From NCBI RefSeq assembly GCF_006345805.1, contig NC_043002.1, forward strand, positions 105,152,001-105,216,000: a stretch of 64,000 nt of DNA, read 5' to 3'. The stretch comes from Octopus sinensis (lineage: Eukaryota). Shown here piece by piece: positions 55,355 to 64,000 of the stretch. The position numbers and the translations under genes are program-made. The notes beneath the pieces were generated by a model. That model saw only the letters and a list, made by a program, of their open reading frames with translations, did not search any database and was not told the origin of the DNA. Each line of letters starts with the position of its first letter. The first letter of the stretch is position 1.

Positions 55355-56637
55355 TATTAACCAGGCAATAGATTCGTCAACATAAAGCTTCAGATTGGCA
55401 GTGTGTAGAATAGTATGTATTTTTTTAGGTGATCTTTGAGTTCAAATCCAACAGATGTCAGCTTTTTATTCATTTGAATTTAACAAGTGTTCAAAAAGTC
55501 TCTCTGCAGTATTTTATTGCAAAATAAATATTTATCAGACGGTATAAGACAACAAGACTTTAAAAAAAAATTTATAAGATGTGTTCAAAGTGTCGTCTTT
55601 CATTTTCAACACAAAAGTTGACTCTTCTACAAATGTTTTGAAATGCATCTTGGAGAGTCTGATTCCTGGAGTAAAGACGAAAAACTTCACTGCAGAGAGA
55701 CCTTTTGAACACCCTATACTTGTTTATCTGTCCTCTCCCTCGCTCTTCTTCCTCTCCCTCCTCAGTCTCTTTCTCCTTCTATATCTATCTGTCTTTCTCA
55801 CTTCTAGCAACGGGCTACGATCACACTTGGAAAGAGCTGAGCTCTACAAAGTCGAAATAGTGAAGGCACGCCAAATGTTATAACGTCACCCTTATTCCAA
55901 CAGCTAAAGCTGAAGACAAACAGCAATGTAAAGCAAGGTATAATCTACATAGGCGTAAGTTAGACTCATTAGGAGCTCACTGTAGGTAGATATAACAATA
56001 GGATAATCACTCAGGTATGAGTAATTACATCAAAAGTATCTTAGTTCACTTAATTCTAATTTGTGGCATTGGGTTGTATATTTCACTGGCGTCAATATAT
56101 CAAGGTCTGAAATCCACCAAGGCCTAAGCAGGTACAATGCAGTAATAAACCCCAACACTTACATTGTTCGTCTGTTTCTAAGTGAGTACTAGAGCTTCAA
56201 GCTGTGTAACATGGTAAGAATTTTCACAACACTCCCATAGATCCATTTAGACAACACTGTTTATCAACCTTTCATATTAAAACTCCACATTTCCCAAACC
56301 ATTACAACAACAATGCAAACTTCGATACAAATAGGAGGTAAACATTTTATCGTCCATTTCTATGCTATAGATTTGCACTTAGTAAATTAAAATATTCCAA
56401 TGCTTTTCACACGAATGTGAACCATATAATTAGGACGGAAATATTTATTATACATCGGACTTGAATACTGACCGCTTAAAATATTAGGAAATAATAACTT
56501 TCATCCCTACACTTGATATTCATGCCAACCACATTTTAATGTGTGTATATAGTGAAGGTGGGTGGCCAGATGGCTCCTGTGCGAAGACAATTCGAAGACA
56601 ATCCGAATACAGACAGATGGTGTAATGAATGACCGGT

Positions 56638-56865
56638 AGAGCAGAAATGTTGTACCTGTATTTCAGAGCAGAAATGTTGTACCTGTATTTCAAAGGGCCA
56701 GCATTGTCCCAGTCTGTGTCACGCTGAATCTCCCCGAGACCTACGTTAAGGGTATACGCCTCTGTGGAGTGCTCAGCCACATGCAAGTTAATTTCACGAG
56801 CACAGGCTGTTCCGTTGATCGTATCTGCTGGGACCCTCATCATTGTAACCGACGGAGTACGACGA
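56638..56865 (+). mobile_element. Dispersed retroposon 3' tail (family D) with a local 27-bp tandem duplication at its start
   Basis: agagcagaaatgttgtacctgtatttc occurs twice; remainder matches 33305-33520; ends in (TA)n. Confidence 0.75.
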
Positions 56866-57925
56866 TATATATATATATATGTGTATATAGAAAATTTAAA
56901 GGACTGACCACTAAAAGTGGACGGTCAACATGCTAGATATAGACGTCAAATCGCTATTTTCCACAAAGAATATGTTCTCAAATAAAAACTCAGCACATAC
57001 CAAAGCATTAAAAATAAGCAAGACAAATGAAAATATACGAAATAAAAATGTACCGATCAGTTTCGATTGTTAATATCCGCAAGGATAAACTGCAATCTCA
57101 ACAGCATGGTATGTCATATAGAAATACAATTTGCAGGACTAGATGCAAAAACGTTTGACCGGAGTCTGGCATGCATGGAGTCCAACCGATTATATTTTTG
57201 TGTATCTTTCAAATGCCTTCACTTTGGCGCGCTGAGTGGTCAATCCTTTAAATTTTGTATGTAAACATATTTTAATCTTCGGATTTTTTTAATATGCTGG
57301 GCCACTGGTTTTAATTGATTAATATCAATTTCAACCCTTATTAAATTTTAAATAATATATATATATATATATTAATTATATATATTATATATATATATAA
57401 TATATACGGATTGTATTCAAGTAGACTGTCGACATCTGGTATAATAAACACATCTACTCGATCCGACATTTTGAAATATCGTTTGCATGACATAAAAGGT
57501 ATACTTAAACGCTTTACAACGCGTTTCAGTATGCATTTTTGTACGTAGTTTTGATTCTCCTTTCGTATCTCTGCCTCTGTTTGTGTGTGTGTATGTTATT
57601 TTTGCGTGTGTGCGCGCACACCTGTGTCTGTATGTATGTGTGTTTAATAGTGTAACAATACCCATAAGAGAATTTCAGCAAGAGGAGATAATTTCAGTCA
57701 TTTCGTAATTTGTTTCTGATATCTGATGTCTGCGTCACTACGAGGAGACATAGAATTCTGCTCGCCACCCGTAGCTTTGACTCAGGTATTATCGAGAATG
57801 GAAACTTTAGAAGACGATCGACGACTGCACCAGCAAGCAGCTGGTACACATCACAGCAGAGTACACTAGAGCAACGTGACGTCTGACCGACACAAGTACA
57901 CATACGCATAGAACAGACACAAAAT

Positions 57926-57976
<51 letters not shown>

Positions 57977-57996
57977 TGATAAGGGTGTGTGTGTGT

Positions 57997-58278
57997 GTGA
58001 AGATATTTACTGTCTTAAGTCAAACGTCAGAAGCCTTTCATGTAATCACTTCAGGATTTCGGAGAAGTATCTCACATAGGACAATAGGTGCAAATCGTAT
58101 TGAATTCTTATACACACTGTTAGTTTATTAAATATATATTATATAAGACTATTATTATTTTATATATATACATATATAAGTATATATATACTCACACCAC
58201 ACACACACACCACACATACATACATATATAGATATATATATATATATATATATATACTCACACACACACACACACATG

Positions 58279-58337
<59 letters not shown>

Positions 58338-58518
58338 GTACGTATGCATACATATTTCAATTACATAGAGAATGTGTGTATAAGAAGTGATCGCGACATA
58401 CGTTTCATTCAATATGTCCTGCTGCACTGGCTGTCCTATCTGAAAAATATTCCACGAAATCTAAAGCGATTACATGAAAGGCTTCTGACGTTTTAGTTAA
58501 GATACTAAAATTCTTCAC
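57997..58518. repeat. Long imperfect inverted repeat (MITE/foldback-like), arms ~120-140 bp around a microsatellite spacer
   Basis: aaacgtcagaagcctttcatgtaatc (58022-58047) versus gattacatgaaaggcttctgacgttt (~58469-58494); similarity extends out to gtgaag/cttcac and in to ttcttatacac/gtgtataagaa. Confidence 0.8.
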
Positions 58519-58954
58519 CTACACTGCGTTGACTTATAGATACACAAGTACAAACGTAGAAAGACAACTGTAGAAAAACCACAGGCCTAGATACGCAGAG
58601 AACGAAAAAGATTTCTCTTGTGCCACACAACACACGTCTTCATCAAAAAGGAAGTTCCTTTGTGCTAACCTTTCATACTGAATTCTAAGCGGTTTAGAAA
58701 ATTGTTACGAGATTAGAACAACGTTCGCAGAACTGAATGGAATAAATTATTTCAAGACAGCTTTTAGAGATTGCGTTGGGGGGAGAAAGAGGAATGGACA
58801 GTTCTGTCCGCCTTTCTTTCTCTCTCTCTTTCACTGCCTTAATTTTTCTCGTTCTCTCTCTTTTTCCATCTCTCCTCATACATGTGTGCGTGGGTATGTG
58901 TGTGTGTATGTATGCATATATATTTATATCTAAATATGCATTTGAGTCTACGGA

Positions 58955-58955
58955 G

Positions 58956-59030
<75 letters not shown>

Positions 59031-59169
59031 ATATATATATATATATATAATATATACATTATATATATATATATATATATTATATTTATATATGTTATAT
59101 ATTATATATAATATAATATATATACGTATACATATGTATAAACATAGGTAAGCAGGTATATATGCGGGT

Positions 59170-59201
<32 letters not shown>

Positions 59202-59357
59202 CATATATATATATGTGTGTGTGTGTATGTGTGTGTTTGTTTATACGTCTATAGGTCACGCTCTCTCCTTCCTATCCATGCCTACCTAGCGATCAATATC
59301 TATATCTATATATGCATGTGTGTGTTTGTATATATATATATATATATATATTTATAT

Positions 59358-59419
<62 letters not shown>

Positions 59420-59482
59420 TGTATATGTATATATAAATATATCTATATATACATATATTATATATATGTATATGCATATGGA

Positions 59483-59514
<32 letters not shown>

Positions 59515-59628
59515 CGCGCGCGGGCTCGCACACAGTCACATATACTCGCAGATATATATACATATACTTACATATATATTTATACATATATATATATATA
59601 TATATATATTTATACATATATATATATA

Positions 59629-59665
<37 letters not shown>

Positions 59666-59700
59666 ATATATATATATGTATATATATGTATGTATGTATG
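58955..59700. repeat. (ATCT)/(TA)/(GATA) low-complexity block
   Basis: Directly visible. Confidence 0.95.
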
Positions 59701-60260
59701 CATATAAGTATGTATGTACGCTTGCATATAATGCGTCTTCTATCGCACTCGCGATGTGAAAGGGTTTAATAAGGACAGCTTTATCAAAAGTGAGTTTTAA
59801 GATGAGAATGTCACGCGTAAGTATAATGGACGCCAAAGCCGCAAATATATATACATTCTTCTTACCTCGAACTAAGCAAAGAATATATACATCTGCACAA
59901 TGCACGCCTATATATGTATATATATATATATATATATATAAATGCATATGTATATATTGATGTATTTATGTATGTTTATTCTTACGCAAGTCAATGCGCA
60001 TGCGTATGTACGCCGCTACACATAAACACATATATTTATGATTTCTCTTCGCGTATGCTTGAATGTAAAAGTATGCCACAACCATACAGGTGTACAAGAA
60101 ATGGAGATCTTATGGTAGTAAGAGACAAACAGATAAATACAGAGACAGAGAGAGAGAGAGAAAGCCAGACAGACAGACAGACAGATAGACAGCTTGTGTG
60201 CGTGATAGGCAAGAAGACAGGCAGTTAGGGAGACAGACACCACAGACTGATAGATAGATA

Positions 60261-60600
60261 AAGGGTAAAGACCCCCTTCGGTCATGAATGACCATGGGAT
60301 TGCACCTAGAAAGTTACCCTCCTAGTCCCAAGTCCGGGCAAGGTTGTTTATGGAAGACCAGCAGTCGCCCATGCATACCAGCCTCCCCTCTCCACGCCAC
60401 CAGTGTTATCCAAGGGAAAGAAACAAAGGTCGATGCGCTTGGCACCAGTGACGTCGCAACTCATTTCTACAGCTGAGTGAACGGAGCAACGTGAAATAAA
60501 GTGCCTTTGCTCAAGAACACAACACGCAGCCTGGTCCGGGATTCGAGCTCACAACCACACGATCGTAAGCTCGACGCTCTAACCACTGAGCCATGCGCCT
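60261..60600 (-). mobile_element. SINE family C, well-preserved full-length copy
   Basis: Minus-strand head aggcgcatggctcagtggttagagcgtcgagcttacgatcg..gctcgaatccc (A and B boxes). Confidence 0.93.
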
Positions 60601-60980
60601 TATATATATATATTTAAATATATATAAATAAATATATATATATAAATAAATATATAAATAAATATATAAATAAATACATAAATTATTATTATATATATAT
60701 AATATAATATATAATATATATATATTATATATATATATAAATAAATATATATATATAATAAATATATATATATTATATTAAATTAGAGATAAAACCACTA
60801 TTAGGCAAATCAAAACTGTGAAAACATAAACCAAAACATAGAAATAAATTATTAATAAATATACAAATATATAAAATATAAAATTCGAAATTAAATTATT
60901 TAAATTAAAGTTAACATTTAAAATTTTTTTTTAATTATTAATTTATACTTATAAATTTAATATATATATATATATATATA

Positions 60981-63734
60981 GGTAACAGTAAAATTAAATA
61001 CCGACATGGACAAGAAACATGAAACACACAGAGACGACACAAGAACCACAGGACGGACACTCGAAGACCCTCAGTCATCAGTCAAGAACCAGATCATCTT
61101 AGCAATTTCGGCTGATTAATCTTGAGATTGCTCCGATATGGCCAGCCCGCCAAGGGAAATCTAAGCCAAGCGCATTAGATCCCCTGGAAGAAAGCTTCGA
61201 ATGTATACAACGAAAGACGGAAAAACGATCGAAGTACACAAACAAAAATACAGAATACGTGACACAATAAGAATACAAAAACGTAAAAACAATAACGTTA
61301 AAATAAAAAATAAACAACAAAACAAAAACAGGACGTAGGACAAGGGTCTTTCGACAGGACGATTTGAGTAGGGGCTGGCTTGTGAAGTTGTGCCTAAAGG
61401 CCACGGGGAGACGAACACATACGTGTTGCTTCTGAGGCTGCTGAAAACGAAAAGAGCGCTCAACAGCGGCTAGCTGTCACGTGAGAACAAAAGACAGGAG
61501 AAGGGACAGATGAAAAGGGAGAGAAGGTGACGAGGGAGGAGAAGAAAGAGACAGATCGAGGGGGCTGGAGGTGAGAGAGATAGAGAAAACGTAGAAAGGT
61601 GGGTGGGACGGATGGAGAGGGAAAGAACGGAATGGAATAATGGAGGAGGGAGAGAGAGAGAAAAAGAGACAGATTAAGAGTCGTATCAAAGCTTGAGAAA
61701 AAAATATACTTATCGTATAAGGACAATTGTGGATACGTAGCCGCCGATTATATAGGTAAACAGTAAAATTAAATACAGACATGGACAAGAACATGAAACA
61801 CCACAGGAGACGACACAGAACCACAGGACGGGACATTCGAAGCCCTCAGTCATCAGTCAAGAACCAGATCATCTTAGCAATTTTCGGCTGATTAATCTTG
61901 AGATTGCTCCGATATGGCCAGCCCGCCAAGGGAAATCTAAGCCAAGCGCATTAGATCCCCTGGAAGAAAGCTTCAATGTATACAACGAAAGGACGAAAAC
62001 GATCGAAGTACACAAACAAAAATACAGAATACGTGACACCAATAAGAATACAAAAACGTAAAAAACATAACGGTTAAAAATAAAAAATAAACACAAAACA
62101 AAACAGGACGTAGGACAAGGGTCTTTCGACAGGACGATTTGAGTAGGGGCTGGCTTGTGAAGTTGTGCCTAAAGGCCACGGGGAGACGAAACACATACGT
62201 GTTGCTGCTGAGGCTGCTGCTTAAAACGAAAAGAGCGCTCAACAGCGCCACTAGCTGTCACGTGAGAACAAAAGACAGGAGAAAGGGACAGATGAAAAGG
62301 GAGAGAAGGTGGACGAGGGAGGAGAAGAAAGAGACAGATCGAGGGGGCTGGAGGTGAGAGAGATAGAGAAACGTAGAGGGGGGGGGACGGATGGAGAGGG
62401 AAAGAACGGAAGTGGAATAAGGAGGAGGGAGAGAGAGAGAAAAAGAGACAGATTAAGAGTCGTATCAAAGCTTGAGAAAAATATACTTATCGTATAAGGA
62501 CAATTGTGGATACGTAGCCGCCGATTATATAGGTAAACAGTAAAATTAAATACAGACATGGACAAGAACAAACAACCACCCACAGACGACACAAGAACCA
62601 CAGGACGGGACATTCGAAGCCCTCAGTCATCAGTCAAGAACCAGATCATCTTAGCAATTTCGGCTGATTAATCTTGAGATTGCTCCGATATGGCCAGCCC
62701 GCCAAGGGAAATCTAAGCCAAGCGCATTAGATCCCCTGGAAGAAAGCTTCGAATGTATACAACGAAAGGACGGAAACGATCGAATACACCAACAAAAATA
62801 CGAATACGTGACACCAATAAGAATACAAAAACGTAAAAACAATAACGGTAAAATAAAATAAACAACAAAACAAAACAGGACGTAGGACAATGGTCTTCGA
62901 CAGGACGATTTTGAGTAGGGGCTGGCTTGTGAAGTTGTGCCTAAAGGCCACGGGGAGACGAACACATACGTGTTGCTTCTGAGGCTGCTGAAAACGAAAA
63001 GAGCGCTCAAACAGCGGCTAGCTGTCACGTGAGAACAAAAGACAGGAAAAGGGACAGATGAAAAGGGAGAGAAGGTGGACGAGGGAGGAGAAGAAAGAGA
63101 CAGATCGAGGGGGCTGGAGGTGAGAGAGATAGAGAAACGTAGAAAGGGGTGGGGGACGGATGGAGAGGGAAAGAACGGAAGTGGAATAAGGGAGGAGGAG
63201 AGAGAGAGAAAAAGAGCACAGATTAAGAGTCGTATCAAAGCTTGAGAAAAAAATATACTTATCGTATAAGGACCATTGTGGATACGTAGCCGCCGATTAT
63301 ATAGGTAAACAGTAAAATTAAATACAGACATGGACAAGAACATGAACACCACAGACGACAAAGAACCACAGGACGGGACATTCGAAGCCCTCAGTCATCA
63401 GTCAAGAACCAGATCATCTTAGCAATTTCGGCTGATTAATCTTGAGATTGCTCGATATGGCCAGCCCGCCAAGGGAAATCTAAGCCAAGCGCATTAGATC
63501 CCCTGGAAGAAAGCTTCGAATGTATACAACGAAAGGACGGAAAACGATCGAAGTAAACAAACAAAAATACAGAATACGTGACACCAATAAGAATACAAAA
63601 ACGTAAAAACAATAACGGTAAAAATAAAAAATAAACAACAAACAAAACAGGACGTAGGACAAGGGTCTTTCGACAGGACGATTGAGTAGGGGCTGCTTGT
63701 GAAGTTGTCCTAAAGGCCACGGGGAGACGAACAC
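60981..63734 (-). repeat. Head-to-tail tandem array, ~3.55 copies of a ~775-bp PLE-like unit, embedded in (TA)n
   Basis: Unit starts ggtaa(a)cagtaaaattaaat at 60981, 61755, 62532 and 63304 (774, 777, 772 bp); the fourth copy stops near 63734; (TA)n on both sides. The minus strand opens with YNRRLRIHN..LYDKYIFFSSFDTTLN, resembling the PLE GIY-YIG C-terminus. Tandem structure is certain; the PLE assignment is moderate. Confidence 0.9.
62610..62756 (-). ncRNA. Candidate structured RNA cassette with hammerhead core elements (one per array unit; copy 3 given)
   Basis: 11-bp closing inverted repeat acattcgaagc/gcttcgaatgt, an internal ~13-bp hairpin, and AUC, GAAA, CUGAUGA each placed at junctions between complementary 6-mers. 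See findings. Confidence 0.35.
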
Positions 63735-63934
63735 CATATATATATTTATATGTGTATATATATATAAGTATATATATATTATTTTTATTTTTATTATTAT
63801 TTTTAAATATATAACTATCAAAAAGTATTATAAAGTTTAATATAAGATAAAAAGTATAATACAAGATAAAAAGTAAAAAGTATATATATATATATATATA
63901 CAGGTACACTGACTGACTCATTGATTGATTGATT

Positions 63935-64000
63935 TAGTGAGTGAGTGAGTGAGTGAGTGAGTGAGTGAAAGAGTAAAGGAATGAGTGTGGAAGTGAGTGG
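63935..64000. repeat. (GAGT)n-type microsatellite
   Basis: Directly visible. Confidence 0.9.

Noticed and set aside
59866-59871. Apparent 6-nt micro-exon on minus (ttctttgcttag-TTCGAG-gtaaga)
   Set aside because: Expected by chance in 64 kb; no host gene identified to place it in.
60530-60600. tRNA genes suggested by A/B boxes (also 32747, 39790, 49410, 53822)
   Set aside because: No acceptor stem or complete cloverleaf is evident, and each continues into a SINE body.
62620-62740. HDV-like ribozyme reading of ..CGAAUGUCCC at the cassette end
   Set aside because: No upstream GGGAC partner for P2 and no P1/P3 nest found; the segment is explained by the 11-bp closing stem.
60981-63734. ORFs of 100-236 aa within the tandem array as a protein-coding gene, or the array as a CRISPR locus
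   Set aside because: The frames are low-complexity, differ between near-identical copies and run through pyrimidine tracts. The units are ~775 bp with no short repeat-unique spacer pattern and no cas genes.

Overview
AT-rich, microsatellite-saturated animal genomic DNA; the repeat families suggest an octopod cephalopod (inference, not verified). No host protein-coding gene, rRNA, true tRNA gene or CRISPR array can be supported. Most ORFs in the supplied track are translations of simple repeats. The window is a mosaic of decayed mobile elements: hAT, Chapaev3-like, three mariner pieces (one full length with TIRs and a TA target duplication, 54067-55354), a DD41D/rosa deletion derivative, a Tc1 remnant, R4/Dong- and RTE-type LINE fragments, several Penelope-like (PLE) fragments and at least four tRNA-headed SINE families. 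A 100-N scaffold gap lies at 31493-31592. The most interesting signal is a young head-to-tail array of about 3.55 x 775-bp PLE-like units inserted in (TA)n at 60981-63734. Each unit carries a densely base-paired cassette of about 147 nt containing all three hammerhead-ribozyme core elements, but in a 5'-3' order that matches none of types I/II/III. Other items worth checking are a tRNA-headed SINE with a hammerhead-like tail, multimeric SINEs sharing one junction at two loci, and a few orphan candidate exons. All family assignments come from manual motif recognition; no searches or folding programs were run, and many boundaries are approximate.
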